64,000 nucleotides of DNA from the human T2T-CHM13v2.0 reference genome, Homo sapiens (GCF_009914755.1 NC_060929.1), one strand, 5' to 3'; positions 1 through 14,497 are shown, numbered from the stretch's first letter. Numbers and translations are program-made. Notes: generated by a model from the sequence alone, not told the origin.

Positions 1-916
1 TGATAGGTTTGTTTTTCTCTTTTAAAAATGTCAGAAGAGGGCAAAAATCTATGGTGCCTTGTCAAATGGTTTTGCTGTGTTTTGTTTACCCATTCAGATA
101 TTCAATCTTTTTAAAAAGATCAACAAAAATTAATAGGGCTAAGAAAAGTTGTTTTTCCCTTGTAACAAACGATGAAGATTAGTAAAAGGGTAAATTAAAA
201 TTTTGCAATTTAGATGTAGCATTTTAACATAATATTTATCCAAGATTTCTTGTCATAGTCAACTAATCTGTTTCAAAACCAGTCACTAAATTACTAAATT
301 AAGGAAAAGCTATGACGAGGCTCAGAGTTCTTATCTCTAGACCATTTCGCTCTAAACATATTATGTTTCATTGCTTACAAGCCTGTTTGTAATGGTTTTT
401 AGTGATTTAAATGATTTCCCGAGACTGCAGAAAGCATTTTGTAGATGTATTTAAAGGCATACCACATTAAACTATAGAGGGTTTAATGAAAAAGAAGCTT
501 TAAAAGATTGCAGTCTATTAATCACTTACCCTACAAAGAAATATAGATTAAATACTTTGAACATTCCTTATATTATGACTGGAATTAATTACAGCACATT
601 AAAATGTTACCATAGCTGCTCCTTATCCAGGTAGTGCATTGAATTTCGAAAACTGACTCCACACATAGACTATATACATTTTTAATTCTCTAAGCTTTCT
701 GTACTCTTCCAGTTCTCCAACATTCCACTACCAAGTCTAAATTCAACAATCAGATGGTGATTGATTGCACTTTACCTAAGAGGTAAAAAGATCCCTTTAT
801 TCATGCAAAGCAAAGCACTCCAGCTTCCATCTGTTTGAGATGAAACATTTTCTAGCAGCAACCTGGCAGAATTTGAGAGGGCTTGAAAGATATGTGTGGG
901 CATGTTTGTGTGCATT

Positions 917-942
917 TGTGTGTGTGTGTGTGTGTGTGTGTG
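917..942. repeat. (TG)13 microsatellite
   Basis: Direct read. Confidence 0.95.
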
Positions 943-1645
943 GTTTGTATGTGAGAGAGATCAGCACATGGCTTGACTATAAAGTGTGTCCTTTAGCTTC
1001 ACAGAAACATTAGGAAGCATGTTTAACAAAGCAGTCACAGGAACAGAATAAAAGCACGACTCCGGCATTCAACAGTGTGTTTCCTATGTTTTTAAATAGA
1101 AATAAATACAGTTGCTTCTGAAATCAAGGTACCTGCAGAATTCAAAGAGGAATTCAGCCATCACAACATGTTAACCTATCCCCTCCAATCCCTAAATATG
1201 TTCTTCCTGTTAGAGACACCAGCTTAAAAATTTTAATGCACAGTTCACTGTGGAAACTGAAATCTTAAAAGTCCAAATATTTAGATGATAAACAACAAGA
1301 AGAGAATAAACCAAACTATATTCTAAATATAAAACCTAGAGATAAACAACTCACAGTTTTTATGTTGAGCAATACTGTCACCTGAAAGCGTTTCAGCTTG
1401 TATTCTTTTACAGGAGAATAAGGACACTGATATATTTCTGAATGGAGAAATGGAAGGGAAAGTGGAGAATGGATGGTCCAGGTTTCCATTGCTTCCAATG
1501 AGGTGTCATATCCCAGTGAGGTCATTTCCTGACTTCAAAGCATTCATCTAAACTGCCTCAGTCAGCCCTGGTGGTTATAACCTGATGTTTCTTGCTAGAG
1601 ACATTGATCTCTACTTATTCTACTTTTCAGCTGCTCCAGCCCGCG

Positions 1646-1719
1646 ATGAGGAAAAGTCCAGGTCTGTCTGACTGTCTTTGGGCCTGGATCCTCCTTCTGA
1701 GCACACTGACTGGAAGAAG
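1646..1719 (+). CDS. GABRA1: GABRA1 coding exon 1 (signal peptide [25 protein letters not shown]); exon starts at 1631 with 15 nt of 5'UTR
   Basis: Acceptor tacttttcag|1631, ATG at 1646 (gcgATGA), donor AG|gtgggg at 1720; 74 coding nt. Confidence 0.97.
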
Positions 1720-2177
1720 GTGGGGACACTTTTTTAAAAATCTGCATGAAAATTTCTGTAACTTTTCATTTATTTTATCGGGGGAAGAAAATTGTCCTCA
1801 AATGAATTTATGACTAAGGGAATTCAGAAAACTTAACTGCAATAATTTCCAGCTAAGAATAAAGAGGAGCAGTATGAAACAAATCATTATGTTTGCACGT
1901 TAGTTAGAATACAATTAACAAGCCATTGTTAAGACATGTATTAATTCAACATTTAAGTCTTAGATTGAACTTCTCACTGTTCAGTTGGAACTGAACAAAA
2001 CGTGCGGTTTCCTAATTCATAGAAAAAGTTACCCCAATTAGTGGTTGCATACTGTGTAACCTGATTTAACAACAAGAAAATTTCTAGCCTATTGTAAAGA
2101 TCATAGAGTAACTTTTGTGTTTATAGAAATGGAAAGTTTTAAATAATATCTGTTATTTGAAAATCACGTCTCTCTAA

Positions 2178-2189
2178 ATGCATATGCAT
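2178..2189. promoter_or_regulatory. Perfect MORE palindrome ATGCATATGCAT (candidate POU-dimer site)
   Basis: Exact match to the MORE consensus; function not shown. Confidence 0.35.
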
Positions 2190-4963
2190 ATCACGTTTTG
2201 AAATTGTTATCTATATAACTAATAAAAGTGGACTATATGAGACAAATATTTAAGAACTTTGGTAAAATCAAATTTCCCTATTAAAAAAACAATTACTAAT
2301 TGTTTATAAAGCTTAATCATAGTCAAAATATGTTCTAATGATCCAATCAAGCATGTGAAATTAATATAATAGAAACTATTTACATGACTAAGTATTACAG
2401 ATTTTTCTTTATCTGCTTTTGTATTTCTTGTGTAGCCTATTCCTGTGACCCATAAGAAGGTCAGACATATAATAAAAACATGAGTTTATTCAAAATGTAA
2501 TGGCAAGGGAACTCTTAAGAGTTAAGATAGGGAGATGGAATAGTCTGGAAAGACATATGAATTTAGGAAGATTTATTTTAATTCAGAAGTTTTCTGTTGT
2601 TGTTTTTTGCTATTGTGTATGGTAAACACTGACAGACAGGCATTATTATCAGATATCCTTAATGAGAGAAGTTAAATGTCTTTACTGCTTTTGAAAAATT
2701 ATATGAAGTGTTACTATTGCAATGACCTGTAGATGGAGTTAGTGCACAGTGTTTTATTATATAGTGGTTCATATGGAATCAAAATCAGGTAATGTAACTG
2801 GCATTTCTCTTCAAAATATATATTCAGTTTAGGAAACACTACATTGGGATGAGTGTTTAATACAAAATGAATAAGCATCTTATTCGTAGGGTTTTTTTCT
2901 GGCAATTAAAACTTGACATAGTAAGTTAGAAGTAAAGATGAAATGTCATTAAAAAATCACGTAAAATAAAGATTTCCATTCCAGCTGGGAAAGCAGAACT
3001 GGTCTTGGGGAAAAGGCAGTGGTCTCTTTGGGCATCTGCATTCCAATGCAAACAATTGGTGAAAACATTTGTAAGACAAAACCAGGAAGAAAAGCATTTT
3101 CTGAATTTTATATAAGCTGTAAAAACTTAGAGGGTGTAGATAAAGGTAATAAACACTCTATATTTTAAGAATTGTTTTAATAATTTAAGTTTATTTAGTC
3201 ATGTTACCCCATTTCATCTTTTATTTCTTCTTATTGTATTGCTTTCTTCCTCAGAGTTCCCGATCAGGGCCTCCTCACAACTTAGGGTGTTCTAGCATTT
3301 ATTTTCCATCTTTATCAAGATGACCTTCCAGCATCCTTGAAAGATGCAGGAATGGCAGTTGATTTTGTGACAATGAGTTTTTATAAATAATTGCATTCAC
3401 AAAACTATTTTTGCCTTACTGTTGTCTTCTGCCAATGAGACATACTGGAAGACACTTAGCTTGTTGAAAATTTGATTTAAAAAAACAGCAAGATGTTTAA
3501 TTTTGCCAAAAGAGAGTAAGCCCTCAATCTGCATGGCATCAATGTTGAAATTAGGAGAATGAAAAATTGTTTCAAAGAGACACATTACATATATCCAATA
3601 TTATGGATAGCCTTTAGTTTTAGTAACTTTATCAAATTAAAACTTTATCAGAATAATAGCCATTGCATTTTGCCGATACGAAATTAATTACCTGCAAAAC
3701 AGTGTTTGTTTTTGAAATGATTTTTTGATCATATATCTTGCTGCTGTCAAATAAGTGAATTCTGGTTTCAAATGTTACTATTTTTCTTATATTTATCAGT
3801 AACATCAACACACAGGAATGAAGCCCAAAGTATATTAAGTAGAAAATACAAAAGTGATATATTTGTGGCAGTTTCTTAGTTTACACCCTATATTCATTTT
3901 GCTTTTGTACTCAAGGTCAGAACTATGATTGAAATATATCAGTAAATGTGATCCATCCTAAGATAGAAAACAATTCTCTCAAAGGATTTTGGAGTTGTCA
4001 TGCTAATCATCACATAAAATATGATTCAAGGAGCATAGATAGCAATGTGATTGATGTAGGAAATACACAATTTTTGAACTGAGGTCACTATGTGGTCGAA
4101 ACACAAAGACTAATAATGGTAAGGGACACAGGCTACATCTCCAACTAGCAACGTTTAAATATAAATAATTATCCCAATATAGAAGAAGAAAATAAAGTTT
4201 CAGACTAGAATTTGAAGAAAGCTAGGTTCTAGGTCAAGGTTTGCTCACAAATAGGTGTGCCTTCTTAAACAAAACACTAAAACTGTGCTACAGCTTAGTC
4301 AACCACAAATTAAGATTATTGAACTTGATCTTTCTAAAGGTTCTTTTTACATCTGAGACTAGAAATAATAAAAATTAATTAGATGTTTGAGCAGACAAAT
4401 TTTAATCATTGGGTCATGAATCTTAAGAGGAATGGAAATTTGCACACTGATGTAAAAATATAATTGTCCTAAGAAATGTTTTACCTAAATCTCTTAAAAG
4501 AACATCAAGAAAATCCCACCAAAACACAGACCTATATGAAGTGAATGAAGGAAAGGATGTTGGTAGGTAAAAACTTAGGCTTTTGCTGCATGTTAAATAA
4601 AAAAGAAAATCAGTTGTTTTGGTAACTCTTTTTAATTTGGAAAGAACTTTCCTAGGTTTGTTTTCTCTATTTTTTTTTATGTGCATTAGCATTCTTGCTT
4701 GCTCAGAGAAGACGTGCATTGCAACGTAATAAACATGATAAGAATTCAAAAAGTAAACAGACAGAAGTCATTTCTTACAATTTTCCTTTCACATTTAAAA
4801 ACTGAAAATTAAAAATATAATTAAATGCCCAGAGTTTAAAAATAACATTCCTTTTTACCTTGTGAAAAAATAATTTTCAAGTTAAGATTCAGTAGAAACC
4901 AAAGTAGAAAAACTGAGAAAGGATTTATTTGGAAAGAGGTTTTAGTAGAAATGTATAATTTAG

Positions 4964-5167
<204 letters not shown>

Positions 5168-8100
5168 TAATTTACCTCTAAATGGTCAAATAATAAAAAT
5201 GGTGACATGTAATTTAATGACAAATCTATTTTTAATGGATCACTCTATGTTAATTCAAGTTACTCTGTAGTTTCATATCCATACGTAGTAAAAGGCAGAC
5301 ACAAACTTCTAATAATGACACGAAGCAGATGCTACATTTATATGATAAGCACAGTACTTTCTGTGTAACGATTTTATCATATAGGTAAAAACTGGGATAA
5401 TATTCTATCTTCCAGCACAATGACTGCAGCTATCTCACCTGGTACTGGTATGTTTGCATTTAATTCCAACAGGATATCTTTGATTCTATTGGTTCAAACA
5501 TTTATTTTGGAATATTTCATATTGATCCACTATTATGTGTTAAATTGCCACCACCTCTAGGATAATAGGGGAATGAGATAGATGGTAGTGTTGTGGTTTA
5601 ACTGTGCATTTGAACTTATACCCTAATTTTCTGTAATACAATTTTATTTTACTTGGTATATCAATTACTCGGTTATATTGATACATTTCTGCTTAGGAAG
5701 AAGACAGCACTTAATAACATAATATATATATAACAATAAGAGTAAATAGTTCTAGGAATTGCACACATTTGAATAACACTTGAATAAGATAATCAAACTA
5801 TCTTATTTGGTTAAACAAAGACTAATGAAGCCAAATCAAAATATTGATCTCAGAGTAAAACAAGTGAAGCAAGGAAATAAATTTTCTTTCAAAGTCACAC
5901 AGAAAACCAAGGTTAGAATCCATGATTCCCAACTATAGCTGATACTGAACCTTTCCTAAAGCATTTGTAGTAGCTATTTAATAGCAATATTTAAATAGTG
6001 ATTAAATGGCAATATTAAGACAGCCACTTCTTCTTCATTTAGACAGCACAGATAAGCAAAGAATAAAAAGCTTACAAATTCAAACAATGATTTTTCAACT
6101 AAATGGTTGCATGGATTTACAGTTACTTTTAAATAAATATTTTGCACAGTATAATGACATGGTTGTGTATTATGGGTCTATTTTGAAGCTGCCAAATGTC
6201 ATTAGAGTCTCAGAGGTTTAAGGGAAACTGCCTTGGCAAAGACACAACCCAAATATATGTCAAAGGTCTTACCAGGTGTCCTTTCTAATCAATTTCAAAC
6301 ATTCATTTTAGGACATACTATACAAATTTCCCCAGGTTTAGACTTCACCAAGTTTATATTGAAGTTTTTAGAAAAAATTCTTTAAGTCAAAATAGAGTGG
6401 TCACAAAATGGGGAGCCTAATTTTGTATATGATATGTTAAAACACTGCTTGTGTACATTTAAACATCTCAATTGGCTTCAAATTTTTTTTAATTTATAAA
6501 ATTTGCGATAAATTACAAAACTAGCTAGATGAGGAATGTATGAAAAGAAGAAATAGCCAGGCTAGTGATATAAATTTTACATAGCAAGACTTTTGAAAAT
6601 ACTGGTTGTAATGTATCTGATTACTTTACCTAATCTCCTCCCTACCCTATGATCTCATTCCCTAAAAAGTCAGCAGAATTTTACAACATATTTAAAAAAT
6701 TTCTCTTCATCCTAGTTTAGAAAATTCTATTTAATATTTTGGCATGTAAATATGAGTATTATTTGACAGATTTGTGCATCATCTTCAATTTATTAAATAG
6801 TTTTACACACAAACTGTTAAAATATTAGCCATGTGGTTATATTATTGTTCAGAGTGCATGTAGCAAACTGTGACTGTTCATTTCCTTTTAATTGCATAGA
6901 ATAACTCTTTAATAAATGTATACTTTAACCCATTCATCAAATAAATTTTAGGTGAAATTATTTTAACTAATTCTCATATGCACTCCTAGACCCTGGAGAG
7001 CCATAGAACTTGAAGATATAAAGATTAGACTGAGAGTATATTGAAAAGCTAATTTTCAATACTGGTGATACTGGTAGATTTGCTTACAGGAATAACTACA
7101 TTAATTCATACTGCCACACTGCTATTTTTGTAGAATCTACTTTTATCATCCAGTTAATCCCAGAAAATAACAAAAATAGATATGTATTTAAAGAGCAGAA
7201 ATAGTAGTTGTCCAAGTATAGACAAGCTATCTTCCTTTTAGTGAAATGAGCCTAATATGCTACAATAATTCCAGGACTTGAGAAAATTAACAGTGGATGT
7301 GCTTTTATCTTTACTAAAGATGGTTTTTCTGATATTTCTGATTCCTGGTAACAATGCCTTTTGAGGGTATGATAGAAATTAAAACAAACAAAAAAGTAGC
7401 TCAAATATTTTCTCTATTTTTATTCTAAACATCCTATTGGAATTTAGTACACTTAAATGTGATGGATTTGAGATTTATGAAAAAAACTTTGATACTGATT
7501 AAACTTTTTTTTAAATATTCTTTTTTTGGAATTTTTTTTAATCCTTAAGGAATAAAATGGCACATGTTTATTACTTATATCTACAGAGTCATCAACATTT
7601 TAAAGTACATTTTGAGAAGGTATCTGTCATTAGAGAACTATAGTTTAAAATACTAAGTACAGTTTTAAGACATCTTGAAAAACATAACCAGCCATAGACT
7701 TAGAGAAATGTGATAATACCATGATAGCTGGCTGCTATTAAGTTGACATTATTGTGGCTTTTTTTTTATTTTTGCAGATTTGAAGTACTTAATTTTATTC
7801 ATCTACCATGAATTTTTGGTACTTTAAGTATGACATGCATCCCAGTAGATCCCAATTGCAAAACAGACCCTCCCTTTTTACTTTTTTTTATAGGAGCCAT
7901 TTGCCTCCAGATGAAAAGACTATGTAAAGGAAATAAGTGAGATTATCATTAGCTTCTAAGGGAGTAAAAGTTTTCCCTTAGTAATTTTATGATCACAGCT
8001 AGGATGATTTCCTCTTGCAACATAAAGGTGCCCACTGTCTTCTTTATTATGACAAAAGTCTTTTTTTATATAAAAGTAACAACATTATGCAAAAAACGGG

Positions 8101-8754
8101 GATTTTTGCTTCTGAATGTCCTCAGGAAATAGAAAAATGTGATAAGCTGAGACTTGAGACTAATACAAGAAACTCCTGTATTTGCAAATCCATCATGACC
8201 TGTTTTTTAGAAACACACACTGCATCAGAAGGTATAGCACTGTTCTTAGTTTATATGTACCTTGGATTCAATAATTAGAAAACAAAATATATAACTTGGT
8301 TAATCTAGATGATAGGAATCAGTTTGCAAATACTGTAAAACTATTTTAAAAGACTGCCTTTTCAGGGATAAGAGCAACCATGCAGAACTGCAAATAAAAG
8401 GATGACTAATAAAGAGGTATCTCCAGGAAGGGATTTTTAAAGGTAGGAGAGCTACAAAGGATTAGAATACGTGGAATTCTAAAAATTTAATATGGTCTAT
8501 TTGGGATTGTAAAGAGAAAAATAAGATAGCTATGTTCATAATTTAAGTGCAATGTCAATGAAGACACTTTTAAATAGACTTGAGTTAAAATAATCAGTAT
8601 CCAGAAAATAAAACTAAAAATTATCAGTAATTACTGGATTCATTCTTGTCCATAATCACTTTATTTGGTGGCAAGGTGTGGGGGGCTGCTACTTTCTTAC
8701 AACTAGAAGCTGAGCAATGTATTTGAAAGAACTCTTACCTAAAGCATGGTCAGT

Positions 8755-8935
8755 GTAGAAGAATAAAATAAGGAAAAAAGGATAAAAGTCAGAAAAAATG
8801 GGAAGATGTGAAAGAAAAAAGTTAAAAAAAAAAGGAAAGCAAAAGAGGATAGAAAATAAAGAGAGAACAGAGGGGAGGGAGAGGAATTGAGGAAGTGAAG
8901 AAGAGCAAAACAGAGGAAATGAAAAATGAGAGGAA
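8755..8935 (+). repeat. Purine (A/G)-rich low-complexity tract
   Basis: Direct read; explains the Phe/Leu/Ser-rich minus-strand ORF. Confidence 0.8.
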
Positions 8936-11163
8936 TTAATCTCATGAGCCTGGGGAGACTCAAGTGTCCCTTGATCAATTTATATGGCTCTTTTAATTTT
9001 AAATCAGGACGAAACCAAAATTTTCCCAGGAAATTCATTTTCCCAAGTTTTCTCCTCTTTGCCCGTATTATAATAAATGAAGGAAGCCTGGATGTTCTCC
9101 AGCTTCCTAAAAAATTAAATAATGCTCCTGCTGTACTGCACCCATCTGCGTGAAATTTCAGTCACTTTCATATTGGCTTCCCCTGCACTTTGGGCATAGG
9201 ACAAAAATAATCCATAAACAGAGATTTGAAGCTGAATTTTGAAGGAAGATAATCAGGCTTTTATGGATACTTAATACTCTTCCAGTGATATGTTTCTCCT
9301 CCCTTTTGCCCCACCATATATACAGGCTACACTTTATTTACAATAAGCCAAAATCCCAGGTGAGCCACACTGATGTACAGTTTATCACTAAGAGGTGATG
9401 CCACCAAGCTAAGGGTTTTTTCTTCTTCTGTACATATGCTCATTTCCACATATCTAACTTACAAAAGATGTATTATTCTATAAACACATTCATTTCACTT
9501 CTTGGAAAACAAATTAGGGCAGATACTTCTTTAACTAGAACACAAACATGCTATAGCTGAAGGAATGAGGTCTTGAGTCACATTTTGAATTTCCGAAGAA
9601 AGACCTTTTCATCCTCTCTCTCCCTGTTAATGGTAGTTCCTGGAAATATTGTTATAATATCTGAATCAGTCTTCAACTTAATATCAGTGTATACTAACTT
9701 GGATGATAAATGCCCATCAAAAGTTTTGTCCTCAAACCACATAGATAAAGACAGCAAAGGAAACAGAGATGATTGTGTATTCCTAAAACGACAAATCCTG
9801 AGAGAAGAGTGGAGAGGCAGATGATAGAGAAGTAAGATTGTAGGTAGAGAATGGCCTACCTTTATCCCTGCTACACATTTAACAGATATTTAGTTAACAT
9901 TTTCTTTTTCCTGTAAATGTTGTAGATTTGGATTTTTTTGGTTTTGGGGGTTTTGTTTTGTTTTCATTTATAGAGTTTCTTTGACAGCGTCAATTAGAAG
10001 AGCGTTAGTAACTGGAGCTGTCTCTGAATGTATTTTAACAGTAACATATTATTTTACAAATCATTTATGCCTCAGAGCAGACTTTCTCCTTACCATCATA
10101 TTTTTTCCTAATCTTGAATTATTTATGCCAATATAAAACCTTTAAGACTAACCTTTAGCCTAATTGTTGCAAGAGATCTCAGCTTTAAGATGTAAGAATT
10201 CCCAACTCCTAATGCAAGGCAGCTGGGTTGGAAATTCCCTGCAGTTGGCAAGATGCTGTTGGCTTCTTAGGGAATTGGCTTGGGTCTTGGGTTCCATTTC
10301 TTTATGTAAAAGTAAGAAAAAATGGAAAACTAAGAGTGCTCTAAAAAGATCAAAGTATTTTTTGTGCAACTTTGTAAAATTTAGGTGACTCGAGGATAGG
10401 GAAAGCAGCACAGTTTAATTCTTTTAAAATTCAACTTTGAGCTGTCCCGGGATGATAAAATGCCTGATATTCATGTGATCTTTTGATTTTTTAATATCCC
10501 TTGTAACATTGAGATCAGAGAGAAACATTTTGTTCATGTTCAACTAATGTCAAAATATCTATTTTGTATTTATATTAAGAAAACAAAATTTCAAAAAATA
10601 GGACAAGATAATTTCAGTCACAAAGTGATAGCATTAGATAAAATAATCTACATTACTGACGATTTCCAAATAAAATTAAAAGATGGTTAGGTTTATCCAA
10701 TCTCTTGTTGTTGTTTTTGCTGTGTTTACTTTACTAGAGAATAGCCTTTAGTATTATGTTTTGAAATTCTACTCTGGAATCCTTCCTTTTGAATTTGCTG
10801 TCGTTTTCTCTGTGGCTTTTAATGCAAGGTATGGAGCAGATGCTCAGACTTTGGCAAAATGCAATACATTTCCACAGAAATACTGTACCTAGACATTTCA
10901 TAATTCAACAAATTATAGAGAAAAGGTAGTTACCAAAACCCCAAGAAGAATTGTTAAAATGAACAGAGAATACCTTTTAACATTTACTGGCTGAGGTCTA
11001 CCATCAGCTCATGAAGCCACATTGTCTGATGAATTTAACTGAGCTACCCAAAGGAATGTTCTAGCGTGTTTAGACAACTTGCTACTTTCATCTTTTCTGT
11101 GGTATATAAACTATCTACCTGATCAGTGCCAATATTTTCCTGAGATAAAATGAAACTACTGCC

Positions 11164-11644
11164 ATGTTTGTCTTTCTGTGCCTGCCTTATTTCACTCAGC
11201 ATAATCACCTCCAGTTGCATCCATGTCACATGTTCTCACTTATTAGTGGAAATTAAAAATCAGAGAAATTAAACCCATGGAGACAGAGAGTAGAAGGATG
11301 GTTATCAGGCAGGGTAGGGTAATGGGGGGAGGGAGGTGGGGATGGTTAATGGGTACAAAAGAAAGTACAAAAAAGTAGGAAAAATGACTAAGACCTAGTA
11401 TTTAATAGCACAACAGGGTGACTATAATCAATAACAATGTAACTGGACATTTTAAAATAACTAAAAGAGTATAATTGGATTGTTTTTAACATGAAGAATA
11501 AATGCTTGAGGTGATGGATATCCTGTTTTCTATGATGTGATTATGATGCATTGCATGCTTGTATCAAAACATCTCATGTACCACATAGATATATACACCT
11601 ATTAGGTATCCACAAAAAATTAGAAATGAAACATTTACAAAAAA
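11164..11644 (+). mobile_element. Old L1 (L1MA-like) 3' end with a short inverted 5' segment
   Basis: 11164-11226 is antisense ORF2-end sequence (TWMQLEVIMLSEIRQAQKDKH); 11227-11644 is sense 3'UTR plus A tail. Confidence 0.8.
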
Positions 11645-12060
11645 GTAACCACTGCAACTATGTCCAAGTTATAAGGTGCACAGTATTAGTAAACAGCCAT
11701 TTTTTGTGCAGCTACTCTTGACCTTTTTATATAGTTTCAATTTCCTGTGTTGATTCCAGATCCAATGTGGGATTTTAACAAAATGTTGTCTATAGATCAT
11801 TCCTTTTTTTTCTGGCAGAATCAGAATTCTGTACTTGAAAAATAACGTAGTGTTCCTGAGATGAGAATCTCATTTGCTATACGTCACAGAATGCCATTTT
11901 TGGAAAACTTAAGAGAAAGCAAGGCCCTAAGTATTGGCATATTTCTGTAAGATTGTTAATAGTATTATTCTCGTATAACAAAATGCTACCCTGTGAATGT
12001 GAAATAGGGTGCCTGAGAGTTATCACAGTTTGTACAATTTTGATCAAGACTTATACTGAT

Positions 12061-12157
12061 TACTCACTGCATGCTTGTATCCAAACATCTCAGGTACTCC
12101 GTAAATGCATACACCTACTATGTTCTCACAACAATTAAAAATTATAAAAATTTAAAA
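12061..12157 (+). mobile_element. Tiny L1MA-like 3'-terminal fragment with TSD
   Basis: tgcatgcttgtatccaaacatctc...aattaaaaatt; flanked by AAGACTTATACTGA / AAGACTTCTACTGA. Confidence 0.75.
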
Positions 12158-12949
12158 AAGACTTCTACTGACCAAAAGAAACCCATTGCTCCAACAGCAA
12201 AATATACATTTTTTTCTAAAGATTAGCCCTATGTCCATAGAAACTGCTCATATTACAGCATATGGAGGTAATTTATCAGTGGAAATAAGATAAATAGCTC
12301 CTGCAATAATATCGACCTTTCTTCCTAGGACATGCTTGTATCATCTGAGTTCTTGGAATCCCAAAACACTGAAGAATCAGGGACTGGTCAAACGCCTTGA
12401 AACTTGGGTGTCTACCCCCATATCTAGACTTAGTAGCTGAATACAGCCAAAACTAAGTAGCTCTACATATCATCTAGGGGATAGTTTCCTGTTTTTCTGA
12501 GGCATTAATTGAATGGAGATGAAGGACAGGGGACAAAAATGTTGCTCCAATCAATCAGGTCAGCAGGGAGCTGGAACATTGCTTTATCCAGGAGTATACA
12601 TTGATGTTTATGTAGGAGCCCAGGATATTTTCAGTTTCCAAACAGGACCATTTTAAAGTAGGGTTTTCAGATACATTTTATTATAATGACTAATATTAGT
12701 CCATTTAGTCTCCATGTGGTGCCTACCTCTGTGAATCAATAGACACAAAATAGCTTAAATAAGGCAATAGACCTCCATCATCAGTTATGAACCCATGGAA
12801 CTGTTACTCTGAGTTCCTCAGCAGACAGCATTTCCGGGGAAAATATGGCCAATACCATATTAAACAAATGGTTGTGATAGGATTACTAACAAAATACCAC
12901 CTACAATTCTTTCTTATTCATTCCCTCCTCCATTTTTTTTATTACAGTC

Positions 12950-13590
12950 ACTCTTGCATTTCACTATTCACACAGCATCAGCTATCTTCTTAGACTGCAA
13001 GTTACATCATTTCATTTCATTACCCAAAGGCTTCCTACTGCATCAAAATAAAGGTCAACTGCTAGCTGAAATGCACAGGGCTCTTCAGATATGGTCCCAC
13101 CTACCTCTAGATTGTCATCTTGTGCCATGATCTTCAGCATCACCAGGATCCAGATATACTGCACTTTCTGTTTCTTAAACATAACACATTTAACACATTT
13201 ATTTTCACCTCAGATCCTTTGCCTCCTTCTTTTTTTTAATTTTTTTCCTCTCCTTAATGTATTTCCCTGGATCTTACTAAATTTTTCCCATCTTTAAAGT
13301 CTCATTTCAAGTTTTATCTCTTCAAATGACATTTTTTCAGAGCATTTATAATCTGAATTTAATTAGCAGAATGTGTATATATGTGTTTTTGCATAACTCT
13401 GTAGGTACTCACATCTCTATCCATCCCCTAATCGACCTAAAATATGTTTTTCCTAAAGTAAGTATGTGGTTTGCTACAGAGGAACAGAAGCATTTACAGT
13501 TTTACTCATCATTGTATTACTGTTACCTAGAAGAGTGCCTAAGTGGCACATAGAAAATGTTTAATAAACATTTATTACTAAATTAATGTA
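12950..13590. mobile_element. Degraded L2 fragment(s)
   Basis: L2-like motifs (ggcttcctactgcatcaaaataaa; agtgcctaagtggcacatagaaaatgtttaataaacatt); boundaries approximate. Confidence 0.5.
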
Positions 13591-14086
13591 CGCAATAGAT
13601 GCCTCTCAAAGTGTTTTGGCACCACAGTGTTATTTGAACATCACTCCAATGCTATGTAGTCATTTGAGCAGGTATTATTTCTTCATCCAAAATGTAAGAA
13701 TAGAGACTCAGAGAGATTAAAGTATTGCACCTAAAATCACATAGCTTGTTCTCGAGAAAAATCAGTTTAAATCTGAGTATTTAGATGCTTAATCTATTGT
13801 GCTTACTACTTATTTTACTACTCTGCTTTTCTCATTTTTGCCTCCAGTACTAATCTCATCTTTTTGAATTATCGCTTCAAAACATATGTTATTTCAAAAC
13901 TTATCAGCAAGATATCAATATTGTAGAAAATTCCCAGGAAAAACAGATACCTGTTGTCTGGGAGTTAGGGGATGTAATATATAGTATTTGTGTATATATA
14001 TATATACACATATACAGTGTGTATATGTAAAAGTGAGGATGTGGTTTGAGGAAAATGATTAAGTTTATATTTGAATAGAAAGTGGA

Positions 14087-14497
14087 TGTGTTAGACTATT
14101 CTTGAATTGCTATAGAGAAATAACTGAGACGGGTAATTTATAAAGAAAACACGATTTATTGGCTCAGTATTCTGCAGGCTGTACAAGCATGACACTGGCA
14201 TCTGCTTGGCTTTTGATGAGGGCCTCAGGAATTTCCAATCATGGTGGAAGGTGAAAGGGGAGCAGATGTATCACATGGCAAAAGCAGAAGTGAGAGAGAG
14301 AGCCACACACTTTTAAATGACCAGATCTCAGGTGAACTCAGAGATAGAGAGCTCAATTATCACCAAGGAGATGGCCCAAGCCATTCATGGGGATCCACCC
14401 CCAAAATCCAAACACTTCCCACCAGGCCCCAGCTCCAAAATTGGGAATTAAAGGTGCACATGAGATTTGGGCGGGGACAAATATCCAAACCATATGA
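14087..14497 (-). mobile_element. MaLR solo LTR (MST family, MSTB-like)
   Basis: MST-type sequence (ttctgcaggctgtacaagcatg...catgagatttgggcggggacaaatatccaaaccatat); perfect 5-bp TSD GTGGA at 14082-14086 and 14498-14502. Confidence 0.88.

Noticed and set aside
1-1630. GABRA1 promoter or CpG island
   Set aside because: AT-rich and CpG-poor, ending in a splice acceptor, so it reads as intron; an alternative TSS cannot be excluded from sequence alone.
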